A program made the translations under genes and the position numbers. DNA of 63,380 nt, the filler included. It is 4 parts of 4 records of this genome, joined end to end, with 100 filler letters (N's around TTAATTAATTAA, not from the genome) between each part and the next. Parts side by side here need not be neighbours in the genome. Positions count along the whole stretch, not along the records: positions 1 to 31,871 come from SRR20825006_1118; 3 more parts are not named here. One strand, 5' to 3'. Shown piece after piece: positions 10,766 through 19,958 of the stretch. The number at the start of each line of letters is the position of its first letter. Position 1 is the stretch's first letter. The notes beneath the pieces are model-generated. The model did no database searches and was not told the DNA's origin. It saw nothing but the letters and a program-made list of their open reading frames with translations.

Positions 10766-11347
10766 ATGAAATTAGTAATAATCAATTACGGAGCAGGAAA
10801 TATCCAAAGTATCAAATTTGCTTTTGAACGCTTGGGCGTTCACGCTGTGTTGTCTGATGATGCAGACGAAATCAAAGCAGCTGATAAAGTAATTTTTCCG
10901 GGTGTTGGAGAGGCGAGTAGTGCTATGGCAAAGCTGAAAGCCACGGGGTTGGATAAAATCATTCCAACGCTGAAGCAACCCGTTTTAGGAATATGTCTGG
11001 GAATGCAGTTGATGTGTAACCATTCCACCGAAGGAGACACCACAGGTTTAGGGATTTTTGATGTAAATGTGGTTAAATTCTCCAATAAGGTAAAGGTGCC
11101 ACAGATAGGATGGAATGAAATTACAGCCTTACAAAGTCCATTATTTACCGGGATTCCCGAGAATTCTTTTATGTATTTGGTTCATAGTTTTTACGCACCA
11201 AAATGTGATGCAATGATCGCTTCAACAAATTATGGAGTGGATTATGCTTCGGCCTTGCAAAAAGATAATTTTTATGGAGTACAGTTTCACCCGGAGAAAA
11301 GTGGTATAGTTGGACAGGAAATTTTGAAAAATTTCTGTCAATTTTAG
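10766..11347 (+). CDS. hisH: Imidazole glycerol phosphate synthase, glutaminase subunit
   Basis: PGVG, GICLGMQ and QFHPEKS. Confidence 0.97.
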   Translation: MKLVIINYGAGNIQSIKFAFERLGVHAVLSDDADEIKAADKVIFPGVGEASSAMAKLKATGLDKIIPTLKQPVLGICLGMQLMCNHSTEGDTTGLGIFDVNVVKFSNKVKVPQIGWNEITALQSPLFTGIPENSFMYLVHSFYAPKCDAMIASTNYGVDYASALQKDNFYGVQFHPEKSGIVGQEILKNFCQF

Positions 11348-11354
11348 CACTTTT

Positions 11355-11370
11355 CTGAACTTGTTTCAGG
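11355..11370 (+). repeat. Left palindromic inverted repeat of the GIY-YIG cassette
   Basis: CTGAACTTGTTTCAGG, the exact reverse complement of 11710-11725; itself a CTGAA-N5-TTCAG hairpin. Confidence 0.85.
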
Positions 11371-11380
11371 AGCTGCCACT

Positions 11381-11685
11381 ATGGAGTTCTGTTGTTACAT
11401 ATTATCTAATAAAAATCGCAAGGTGCTTTAGTTGGTAAAACTAAAGACTTGCACACAAGATTACAACAACATAAGAAAGGTAAGGGGGCTGTTTTTACAA
11501 AAAAATATAATTGTTACGAGCTTTTATATTTTGAAACATTTAAAACTGGCAGTGAAGCTTGGCAAAGGGAGCAGCAATTAAAAAGATGGCATAAGGAGTG
11601 GAAGTGGAATTTGATTAAAGCTAAAAATCCAGACCTGAAAGAAATCAAAATTGATACTAAAAAATTGGAAATAGATTCTAACAGT
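11381..11685 (+). pseudogene. GIY-YIG (YhbQ-like) endonuclease, frameshifted near 11429 and continuing in frame into hisA
   Basis: ATG 11381 reads [16 protein letters not shown]. The -1 frame continues [15 protein letters not shown]...FTKKY...LLYFE...A..RE.QLK.W...WK..LI...NP. One missing base restores the LYVG motif. Confidence 0.85.
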
Positions 11686-12456
11686 ATGAAAAACAAAGGA
11701 TCGAAAGACCCTGAAACAAGTTCAGGGTATAGAATAATCCCGGCAATAGATATAATCGACGGTAAGTGTGTGCGCCTTTCTAAAGGTGACTACAACACCA
11801 AAAAAATATATAATGAGAGTCCGTTAGAGGTTGCAAAGGAATTTGAAACCCACGGAATTCAGTATTTGCATTTGGTTGACTTAGATGGTGCTAAAAGCAA
11901 GCATATTGTGAATCATAAGGTACTCGAGCAAATTGCTTCTCAAACCAGCCTAAAAATTGATTTTGGAGGTGGACTTAAAACCGACGATGATCTGCGCATT
12001 GCCTTTGAAAGTGGTGCTTCACAAATCACTGGCGGTAGCATCGCCGTTAAAGATCCTGAGATTTTTAAAAGTTGGTTACAGAAATTTGGCGCTAATAAAA
12101 TCATTTTAGGAGCAGATGCTAAAGATGAAAAAGTTGCGGTCAGCGGCTGGCTTGAAGAGTCTAAAGAAGAATTGATTCCGTTTATTCAAGGCTATCAAAA
12201 GGAAGGAGTTTCTTATGTGATTTGTACAGACATTAGTAAAGACGGGATGTTACAAGGACCTTCTTTTGAGTTGTATAAGCGTATTTTAGAAGAAACGAAG
12301 AACTTGAAGTTGATCGCTTCCGGCGGAATTTCAACTTTTGACGAATTGCCAAAACTAGCTGAATTAGGCTGCGAAGGAACGATAATCGGTAAAGCGATCT
12401 ATGAAGGCCGCATTTCAATGAAACAGTTGGAAAATTATATTTTGGGACATGAATAA
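11686..12456 (+). CDS. hisA: ProFAR isomerase, with a repeat-derived N-terminal extension (start uncertain)
   Basis: [34 protein letters not shown] and ASGG. The canonical Met is absent; the nearest in-frame ATG is 11686 ([19 protein letters not shown]). Confidence 0.9.
   Translation: MKNKGSKDPETSSGYRIIPAIDIIDGKCVRLSKGDYNTKKIYNESPLEVAKEFETHGIQYLHLVDLDGAKSKHIVNHKVLEQIASQTSLKIDFGGGLKTDDDLRIAFESGASQITGGSIAVKDPEIFKSWLQKFGANKIILGADAKDEKVAVSGWLEESKEELIPFIQGYQKEGVSYVICTDISKDGMLQGPSFELYKRILEETKNLKLIASGGISTFDELPKLAELGCEGTIIGKAIYEGRISMKQLENYILGHE
11708..11728 (+). repeat. Right palindromic repeat of the GIY-YIG cassette (encodes DPETSSG)
   Basis: ACCCTGAA-acaag-TTCAGGGT, a perfect 8-bp stem; inverted relative to 11355-11370. 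Confidence 0.85.
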
Positions 12457-12970
12457 TGCTTCAACTTTTAGAGAAGAATTGGTCAAAAATATTTTCTACA
12501 GGTTAGATGAAAACCTTAGAATGATAAGAATTGCATTAGCTCAAATCACAGTAGAAGAGATCTGGTTAAAACCCAATCCCACGCTAAACAGCATAGGCAA
12601 TTTGATTTTACACCTGTGCGGAAATCTGACTCAATATGGGATTTCTTCTTTAAGTGGAGCTACAGATAATCGCGTTAGAGATTTAGAATTTTCAACTGAA
12701 AGTGGACTTTTAAAACAAGAGTTGTTAGATAAATTGGAGACTACGGTTAATCAAGTTAAAGCGACGATAATTCAAGTTTCTGATGAGCGTCTAATTCAAA
12801 TAAAGGAGGTTCAAGGATATCAATTTTCAGGTATTGGAAATGCTATTCATTTAGTAGAACACTTTTCGTATCATACGGGTCAGATTGCTTTTTGGGTAAA
12901 AATGCTCAAGTCTAAAGATTTAGGTTTTTATTCTAATGTTGACTTGAATAAAAGAAATAAAAACGAATAA
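12449..12970 (+). CDS. DinB/DUF1572 family protein
   Basis: [13 protein letters not shown]...R.RD.EF...H..EH..YHTGQI, with the metal-binding His triad pattern. Confidence 0.85.
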   Translation: MNNASTFREELVKNIFYRLDENLRMIRIALAQITVEEIWLKPNPTLNSIGNLILHLCGNLTQYGISSLSGATDNRVRDLEFSTESGLLKQELLDKLETTVNQVKATIIQVSDERLIQIKEVQGYQFSGIGNAIHLVEHFSYHTGQIAFWVKMLKSKDLGFYSNVDLNKRNKNE

Positions 12971-12972
12971 TT

Positions 12973-13728
12973 ATGTTAACCAAACGTATAATTCCCTGTC
13001 TCGATATCAAAAACGGAAGAACGGTAAAAGGTGTCAATTTTGTAGACTTGCGTGACGCCGGTGATCCGGTGGAACTGGCTGCAAAATATGCCGAAACGGG
13101 AGCAGACGAACTCGTTTTTCTTGATATTTCAGCTACAGAAGAACGCCGAAAGACCTTAGCCAATCTAGTTTTACGCGTAGCGGAAAAAATAAATATTCCG
13201 TTTACCGTAGGCGGCGGTATTTCTTCGGTTGAAGATGTAGATGTGTTGCTTCAAAATGGCGCAGATAAGGTTTCAATCAATTCTTCCGCAGTAAAAAATC
13301 CGCAACTCATTAATGATTTGGCGGCAAAATTTGGTTCGCAATGTGTAGTTGTGGCGATTGATGCCAAACAGATCAATGGAAAGTGGACGGTGCATCTTGT
13401 AGGAGGAAAAGTCCCAACCGAACTCGATCTTTTTGAATGGGCAAAAGAAGTGGAAACCCGCGGCGCTGGCGAGATCCTATTTACCTCAATGGACCACGAC
13501 GGGACTAAAAACGGATTTGCAGATGAAGCTTTAGCCAAGTTGAGTACAATGCTAAATATTCCTATTATTGCTTCAGGAGGGGCAGGAGCGATGCAGCATT
13601 TTACAGATACTTTTGTAAATGGAAAAGCAGATGCAGCCTTGGCAGCGAGTGTGTTTCATTTTCACGAAATCGACATTCCCGAACTCAAACAGGTTTTAAA
13701 AGAAAATAATATCCCGGTTAGAATTTAA
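12973..13728 (+). CDS. hisF: Imidazole glycerol phosphate synthase, cyclase subunit
   Basis: [19 protein letters not shown] and TSMDHDGT. Confidence 0.98.
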   Translation: MLTKRIIPCLDIKNGRTVKGVNFVDLRDAGDPVELAAKYAETGADELVFLDISATEERRKTLANLVLRVAEKINIPFTVGGGISSVEDVDVLLQNGADKVSINSSAVKNPQLINDLAAKFGSQCVVVAIDAKQINGKWTVHLVGGKVPTELDLFEWAKEVETRGAGEILFTSMDHDGTKNGFADEALAKLSTMLNIPIIASGGAGAMQHFTDTFVNGKADAALAASVFHFHEIDIPELKQVLKENNIPVRI

Positions 13729-13757
13729 AGACATAGCCGAAAAACAACATAGTTACA

Positions 13758-14351
13758 ATGGAAATTAAATACGATGAAAACGGACTCGTGCCGGCGATAA
13801 TTCAAGATGCCAATACTAAAACGGTTTTGATGCTAGGCTATATGAACGAAGAGGCCTATTTGAAAACCAATACTACTAAAAAAGTTACTTTTTACAGTAG
13901 AAGCAAACAGCGTTTATGGACAAAAGGCGAGGAAAGTGGGAATTTCTTGAATTTAGTTGCTATTAAAAATGACTGCGATAATGATTCGCTTTTAGTGACC
14001 GTAAATCCGGTAGGGCCTACCTGTCACACCGGGTCAGACAATTGCTGGGGCGAGGATAACAAGCAGTCTTTTGGTTTTCTAACGGAATTGGAGCAAACTA
14101 TTGCAGACCGAAAAGCGAACCAGGATAACGACGATAGTTATGTCGCAAGTCTTTTTAGAAAAGGAATCAACAAAATTGCGCAGAAAGTAGGAGAGGAAGC
14201 CGTAGAAGTTGTTATTGAAGCAAAAGATGATAACGATGATTTATTTCTAAATGAAAGTGCAGACCTTCTTTTTCATTACCTGATATTGCTGAAAGCTAAA
14301 GGTTTTGGACTAAGTGAGATTGAACAGGTATTGCTTGATAGAAAGAAATAA
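13758..14351 (+). CDS. hisIE: Bifunctional phosphoribosyl-AMP cyclohydrolase / phosphoribosyl-ATP pyrophosphatase
   Basis: WTKGEESGN, DCDND, GPTCH and KVGEEAVE. Confidence 0.97.
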   Translation: MEIKYDENGLVPAIIQDANTKTVLMLGYMNEEAYLKTNTTKKVTFYSRSKQRLWTKGEESGNFLNLVAIKNDCDNDSLLVTVNPVGPTCHTGSDNCWGEDNKQSFGFLTELEQTIADRKANQDNDDSYVASLFRKGINKIAQKVGEEAVEVVIEAKDDNDDLFLNESADLLFHYLILLKAKGFGLSEIEQVLLDRKK

Positions 14352-14396
14352 TTGAATCTGGAACATATTTAACGTTTTCAGCAGCGCTAAAAATTT

Positions 14397-14427
14397 AAAG
14401 TCCTTTCCTACAAGAAAGGGCTTTTTT
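14397..14427 (+). terminator. Intrinsic terminator of the his operon
   Basis: AAAGTCCTTTC-ctacaa-GAAAGGGCTTT followed by TTT. Confidence 0.75.
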
Positions 14428-14841
14428 GTTGATTATATTTTTTAGATAAACAACAAGATTTGACGTTACGAAGCGCATAATGCTTTTAAGAAAGGTGAAA
14501 AATGTAGCCTTTTTCGACTATTTTAAAGATAAATCTAGAAATAATTTAAATTCAGTTATTTAGTACTTGTAGATTACTATTGGGGTGTTTTGAACAAAGA
14601 ATTTAAACAACTAAATCGATTGATATTTAGTGTTTTACAAGTGAAATTTGTGATATTTCTTTCTGAAATAATTTTGAACGCAAATTATTACTAAAAAATA
14701 TAGGTGCTTAGTACAAGTATTAATATTTAGTTAAAGGATTTAGGAAATCCAAGAAATTTAAATAATGTGCAGTTAAGCGTATTTGCTTGTATTTCATCTT
14801 GTTATTGAAGAAATTAGGGTAGCAATCATCCAATTTAGATT

Positions 14842-15543
14842 ATGCCCAAAATTCTACTTTTCTTCTCTTTTCTTCTTACAAGTTTTATTGCCCATTCACA
14901 GGTGGGAATAGGAACCACAGATCCACATCCTGATGTGATGCTAGATGTCAATGGCGGATTGCGAATACGCAATTACAATGACGGTAGTGATAATGCAGCA
15001 AAAGATTCTTTGGTAGTCTTAGACGGAAGAGGAGTAGTACATCGCATTGCTACAAGCACCTTACTTGCAAATATGGATAAGTCATTAGTACGTGCTGGGG
15101 TTTCAAATAGTTCGGGGGCTTTAATAAACATAAGTATCAGCGGAGAACAAAGAGTGAGGTTTGATAATGAGAGTTTTGATATTAAAGATGAATATGACAA
15201 TTCTACCGGGATCTTTACCGCTATGTCAGACGGTATTTATAGGGTTACAGCACAACTAAGAGCAAGTAGTTCTTTACTTTCTGCTGGAGATTTTGGTATT
15301 GCTATTTATAAAAATGACTCAAGTAGAACCACTTATACTAAAATAGCAGAAGAACGTTATCTTAATGTAGAAGTTGGATTAGGATTAGTAAAAGTATCGC
15401 CGCCAGTAAGATCAGTTTCTACTCTTATACAATTAGCAGCTGGTGAAGAAATTACATTTAGAAGTTTAACATTACTATCACTTACTCTGGCTGGTACAAC
15501 TAATGGCAATAGTACATTTATGACCATCGAACAAGTGCGTTAG
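14842..15543 (+). CDS. Secreted protein with a VGIGT..P...LDVNG repeat and C1q/TNF-like C-terminal domain
   Basis: Signal peptide ending in SQ; QVGIGTTDP...LDVNG; FD..S.D....YD..TG.FTA...GIY...AQ and LIQLAAGEEI C1q-like pattern. Confidence 0.7.
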   Translation: MPKILLFFSFLLTSFIAHSQVGIGTTDPHPDVMLDVNGGLRIRNYNDGSDNAAKDSLVVLDGRGVVHRIATSTLLANMDKSLVRAGVSNSSGALINISISGEQRVRFDNESFDIKDEYDNSTGIFTAMSDGIYRVTAQLRASSSLLSAGDFGIAIYKNDSSRTTYTKIAEERYLNVEVGLGLVKVSPPVRSVSTLIQLAAGEEITFRSLTLLSLTLAGTTNGNSTFMTIEQVR

Positions 15544-17658
15544 CTATCCTTCCATTTCAATCAAGGTAAGGGCTAAACGAATTTTATAGTAAGGAATCTT
15601 TTCTTCAAAATGCTCAAAATAAGGCTTTAGACCTTCGGGATGCTCTAATTCTTGTCGAGCGGTTTTTATCTGAGCAACTTCTGTTTGACTTACATAGTTA
15701 TACAAATCAAGATCAGCACCGTCTTGCGCTAATTTGGCTAAATGCGAATATACCGTAGTATCCTTTAAATCTCTTTTAGCCGCTATGGCTTCCACACTTA
15801 AACCTTCATTTAGAAGCTCAAAGGTTACTTGATGTGTAGCACTTTTGCTACCTTTTTTCTTGATCTTATTTTTCTGAAAGTCTATAATTGCTTTGATAAA
15901 AGCATCCCCATATACTTCAAGCTTGCGTTGCCCCACACCACTAATTTCAAGAAATTCCATTTCTGTGACCGGTCGTGCTTGTTCTAATTCTTTTAGCGTT
16001 TTATCGCTGAATACTAAATAAGCAGGAATTTCTTCTTCTTTGGCAATTTCTGCACGCAGGGCACGCAGTTTTTCAAACAGTTCATTGCCTTTTTTGATTT
16101 TAGGCTTTTTAGCCTCAACAGGTTCCTTTTGTAATACTTCAGTAGGTGAAGTCAGGCGTACTTTTTTTCCATGGAATAAAATTTCTTTACTGGATTCAGT
16201 CAGATGTAGATTGTTTCTCAAATGAAAAGCAATCTCACAATAGCCTTGATTGATGAGTTGTAAAACATAATGCTGCCAATCTTTCCAGGAAATGTCTTTT
16301 CCGATCCCGTAGGTGCTTACTTGATCTAATTGATGATCTAGAATATGCGCATTTTTAGCTCCTCTCAAAATATCAATGATCACCCCAATGGGTTCACTAC
16401 CTTTTACACGTGCGATCGTAGAAAGTGCCTTTTGAGCTAAAATGGTTCCGTCAAAAAACTGTGGCGGATTTTTACAAACATCACAGTTGCCACAATCTTC
16501 GGCCAAAAATTCGCCAAAATAACTTAGTAAGATCTTACGCCTGCACGTGGTTGCTTCGGCATATTGCTTCATACGGTCAAGCTTCGCATTTTGCACTTCT
16601 TCATTTCCGGCACCTTGTATAAAGCGCCGCAGTTGCAGCACATCAGCATAACTGTGAAAAAGCAATGCGTGCGATTTCAGTCCATCTCTTCCTGCACGCC
16701 CAATTTCCTGATAATACCCTTCCAGGTTTTTAGGCATATTATAATGAATCACCCAGCGCACGTTAGATTTATCAATTCCCATCCCAAAAGCGACTGTAGC
16801 ACAAACTACTTGGGTTTTATCATAAATAAAATCTTCCTGCACTTTATTGCGCTCTTCAAAGCTTAAACCAGCGTGATAACAAGTTGCCGCTATACCCTCA
16901 GCCTTTAAAGATTCTGAAACACTCTCGGTTGTTTTTCGGCTCAAGCAATAAATAATTCCGCTAGTGTCTGGGCGCTTTTCTAGAAAACTCTTGATCTGGT
17001 TTAGGCGTTTGTCTGCTGAGCGGACTTCTAACGTGATGTTTTTTCGGTCAAACGAACTGATAAATTGTTGTGCCTCAGAGATGTTTAATTGATTTGCGAT
17101 ATCCTCGCGGGTCGCTTTGTCTGCAGTCGCCGTAAGCGCGATCATAGGAATTTGTGGTAAAGACTTTTTCAGAAATCCCAACTGCTGGTAAGAAGGTCTA
17201 AAATCGTGACCCCAAGAAGAAATGCAATGCGCCTCATCGATCGCAATGCAACTGATGTAGGTTTTGTTTAAAATAGGGTTGAGGCCTGATAAACTTTCCG
17301 GCGCCACGTAGAGCAATTTTAATTCACGGTTGGCTACTTGGTCTAGAATCTTTTGTTGGTCTTCAGCACTCTGGCTGCTGTTGTAAAAATCAGCGGCGAT
17401 CCCGTTAGCTTTCAATCCATCTACCTGATCTTTCATCAGCGCGATCAAAGGTGAAATTACAAGTGTTAGGCCCTCAAAAAGAACGGCAGGAAGTTGGTAG
17501 CATATAGATTTTCCTCCGCCGGTTGGCATAATCACGATCGCATCATCACCACCAAGCACCGTCTCAATGATCTTACTTTGCTGATTTCTAAAACTATCGT
17601 ACCCAAAGTAGGTTTTTAGTGTGGTAAGCAATGTATTTTGATCTATTGATGCACTCAT
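15544..17658 (-). CDS. recQ: ATP-dependent DNA helicase RecQ
   Basis: MPTGGGKS, DEAHC, QEIGRAGRDG, Zn-binding CRR...CGNCDVC, RQC and HRDC domains. Confidence 0.97.
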   Translation of the reverse strand: MSASIDQNTLLTTLKTYFGYDSFRNQQSKIIETVLGGDDAIVIMPTGGGKSICYQLPAVLFEGLTLVISPLIALMKDQVDGLKANGIAADFYNSSQSAEDQQKILDQVANRELKLLYVAPESLSGLNPILNKTYISCIAIDEAHCISSWGHDFRPSYQQLGFLKKSLPQIPMIALTATADKATREDIANQLNISEAQQFISSFDRKNITLEVRSADKRLNQIKSFLEKRPDTSGIIYCLSRKTTESVSESLKAEGIAATCYHAGLSFEERNKVQEDFIYDKTQVVCATVAFGMGIDKSNVRWVIHYNMPKNLEGYYQEIGRAGRDGLKSHALLFHSYADVLQLRRFIQGAGNEEVQNAKLDRMKQYAEATTCRRKILLSYFGEFLAEDCGNCDVCKNPPQFFDGTILAQKALSTIARVKGSEPIGVIIDILRGAKNAHILDHQLDQVSTYGIGKDISWKDWQHYVLQLINQGYCEIAFHLRNNLHLTESSKEILFHGKKVRLTSPTEVLQKEPVEAKKPKIKKGNELFEKLRALRAEIAKEEEIPAYLVFSDKTLKELEQARPVTEMEFLEISGVGQRKLEVYGDAFIKAIIDFQKNKIKKKGSKSATHQVTFELLNEGLSVEAIAAKRDLKDTTVYSHLAKLAQDGADLDLYNYVSQTEVAQIKTARQELEHPEGLKPYFEHFEEKIPYYKIRLALTLIEMEG

Positions 17659-17950
17659 AAATTTCTTTTTCCTCTATAATCAAGATTCAATCCTTGCGGG
17701 TTTACCCGAAGTAGTTTATTGCAAAAAACGGAATTTTTAGGCAGACCTCAGTCGCTTTGCTTTTAGAATCTAAACGGAATTGATCAAGAGGCGTTACAGT
17801 TTACAAAAACCGTAAAATCAATATCCCATTTTTATACTTAAATCAAATTATTAAACTAAAATTGACAATTGCATAATTCTTAAGTTTAACCTTTATAAAA
17901 GCTACTGCTCACGGGCTTTGGCTTCAAATTTATTACTAAAATTGTTCTAC

Positions 17951-18838
17951 ATGAAAGCGAGAAAATATACCATTGCGGTCCTTCAATTGGCCTTAAATAA
18001 TACACCCAAAAATAATTTGGAAAAGTGTAAAAAGTGGGTTGCAGATGCTGCTGAAAAGGGAGCTGAGATCATTTGTTTGCCTGAACTGTACAGCAGTCAT
18101 TATTTCTGTCAGGATGAGGATGTTGACAATTTTAAATATGCCGAACCGCTTTATGATGTGTCTTTTACTGAATTCAGTGCGCTGGCTAAACAATTAGGAG
18201 TCGTGATCATTGTTCCGTTTTTTGAAAAACGTATGAGCGGCATCTACCACAATAGTGCTTACATCATAGACACCGATGGGAGCGAAGCCGGCCTTTACCG
18301 CAAAATGCATATTCCAGACGATCCTCATTTTTATGAAAAGTTTTATTTCACTCCGGGAGATCTTGGTTTTAAAACGATCAAAACGCAAAAGGCTAATCTA
18401 GGTACCTTGATTTGCTGGGATCAATGGTATCCTGAAGCAGCGCGTCTCACCGCGTTACAAGGCGCTGCAGTTTTGTTTTACCCGACCGCGATTGGCTGGC
18501 ATCCGCAGGAAAAGGAAGAATTTGGGGTAAACCAGCACGGCGCTTGGATGAATGTCATGAAAGGGCACGCGGTGGCCAATGGAGTATATGTAGCAGCAGC
18601 AAACCGCATAGGGCTAGAACAATATGTGCCTGATACTAACGGCATCGAATTTTGGGGACAAAGCTTTATCTGCGGTCCGCAAGGGGAGATTTTAGCTCAG
18701 GCTTCAGCAGATCAAGAAGAAATACTTCTCGCAGAAATCGACCTTGATCTTCAAGAAAATGTACGCCAGAATTGGCCATTTTTTAGAGACCGTCGCATTG
18801 ATTTTTACGGAGAAATAACCAAACGCGCACTCGATTAA
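17951..18838 (+). CDS. aguB: N-carbamoylputrescine amidase (carbon-nitrogen hydrolase)
   Basis: LPEL, YRKMHIPDDP.FYEKFYF and ICWDQWYPE; adjacent to agmatine deiminase. ATG 17951 is preferred to TTG 17918. Confidence 0.88.
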   Translation: MKARKYTIAVLQLALNNTPKNNLEKCKKWVADAAEKGAEIICLPELYSSHYFCQDEDVDNFKYAEPLYDVSFTEFSALAKQLGVVIIVPFFEKRMSGIYHNSAYIIDTDGSEAGLYRKMHIPDDPHFYEKFYFTPGDLGFKTIKTQKANLGTLICWDQWYPEAARLTALQGAAVLFYPTAIGWHPQEKEEFGVNQHGAWMNVMKGHAVANGVYVAAANRIGLEQYVPDTNGIEFWGQSFICGPQGEILAQASADQEEILLAEIDLDLQENVRQNWPFFRDRRIDFYGEITKRALD

Positions 18839-18841
18839 TTT

Positions 18842-19879
18842 ATGAAAAACAACAGACGTTTACCTGCAGAATGGGAGAAGCAACAGGGGATTTTATTATG
18901 TTTTCCCAGTAACGGAAACGACTGGCCCGGTAAATACCAGGCAATTCAATTTGTTTTTATTGATTTCATAAAAAAGATAGCAGAAACCGAGACAGTTTTT
19001 CTACTCATTGGGCGGGAGAGTATGAAGGAAAAAGTGATCGCACTGCTTGAGGCGGCACACGCCAATATGAGCAAGATCACGTTTATCTTACAGAAAACGA
19101 ATCGCAGCTGGATGCGTGACTCAGGCCCGATCATCGTTAAAAATAATGGAGCGCGGGAGGCGCTAAATTTTAATTTTAACGGCTGGGCAAAATATGGTAA
19201 TTACCGTTTAGACAAACAGGTGCCCAAACGTATGGCTGATTTTTTAGGGATACCACTTCAGCAGGTTATGTATAATGGGGAGCCTGTAATTCTTGAGGGT
19301 GGCGCTATTGATGTAAATGGTAAAGGAACTTTACTCACTTCTGAAGAGTGTTTATTAGATCCTAAAATTCAAGTGCGCAATCCGGGATTTACTAAAGAAG
19401 ATTACGAGAGCATTTTTAAGCAGTATTTTGGGGTTACAAATACAATTTGGCTAGGCAATGGCATCGCAGGTGATGACACTCATGGGCATATAGATGATCT
19501 CTGCCGTTTTGTAGATGCAAAAACCATTGTCACAGTGGTAGAAACTGATAAAACAGATCCTAATTATGCGGCCTTGCAAGATAATTTAGCCCGGTTAGAA
19601 TTGGCTAAATTAGAAGACGGTAGCAGCCCTAAGGTTGTGACCTTGCCTATGCCCAAGCGCATTGACTATGAAGACCTGAGGCTTCCGGCGAGTTATGCTA
19701 ATTTTCTAATTCTCAACAAAACGATTTTGATGCCCACCTTTAATGATCCTAATGACTGTGTGGCTTTACAGACTTTGTCTGATCTTTTTCCAACACGTAG
19801 CGTCGTAGGTATTTGTGCTCTTGATCTGGTTTGGGGCTTAGGTACTTTGCATTGTTTGAGTCAGCAAATTCCTTCTTAA
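18842..19879 (+). CDS. aguA: Agmatine (peptidylarginine) deiminase
   Basis: PAEWE, WMRDSGP, LEGG, DDTHGHIDD and GTLHCLSQQ. Confidence 0.92.
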   Translation: MKNNRRLPAEWEKQQGILLCFPSNGNDWPGKYQAIQFVFIDFIKKIAETETVFLLIGRESMKEKVIALLEAAHANMSKITFILQKTNRSWMRDSGPIIVKNNGAREALNFNFNGWAKYGNYRLDKQVPKRMADFLGIPLQQVMYNGEPVILEGGAIDVNGKGTLLTSEECLLDPKIQVRNPGFTKEDYESIFKQYFGVTNTIWLGNGIAGDDTHGHIDDLCRFVDAKTIVTVVETDKTDPNYAALQDNLARLELAKLEDGSSPKVVTLPMPKRIDYEDLRLPASYANFLILNKTILMPTFNDPNDCVALQTLSDLFPTRSVVGICALDLVWGLGTLHCLSQQIPS

Positions 19880-19910
19880 ATCGGTATAGAATAGAAGCCG
19901 TTTAAAACCG

Positions 19911-19918
19911 TACATTTG
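19911..19918 (+). promoter_or_regulatory. Bacteroidota -7 promoter element for the DEAD-box helicase gene
   Basis: TACATTTG (TAnnTTTG) about 40 nt upstream of ATG 19959. Confidence 0.65.
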
Positions 19919-19958
19919 CAGCGGTTAAAGCAACTGCTTGGTTGCTAAAATAATAATT

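Noticed and set aside
11426-11431. CTT-TAG as a prfB-like programmed frameshift
   Set aside because: prfB shifts +1, whereas a -1 shift is needed here. There is no slippery heptamer, and a single-base deletion in a Tyr codon explains it better.
11449-12456. 335-aa ORF from TTG 11449 taken as a plain HisA
   Set aside because: The first ~80 aa are the body of a GIY-YIG nuclease, and the TTG is an internal codon.
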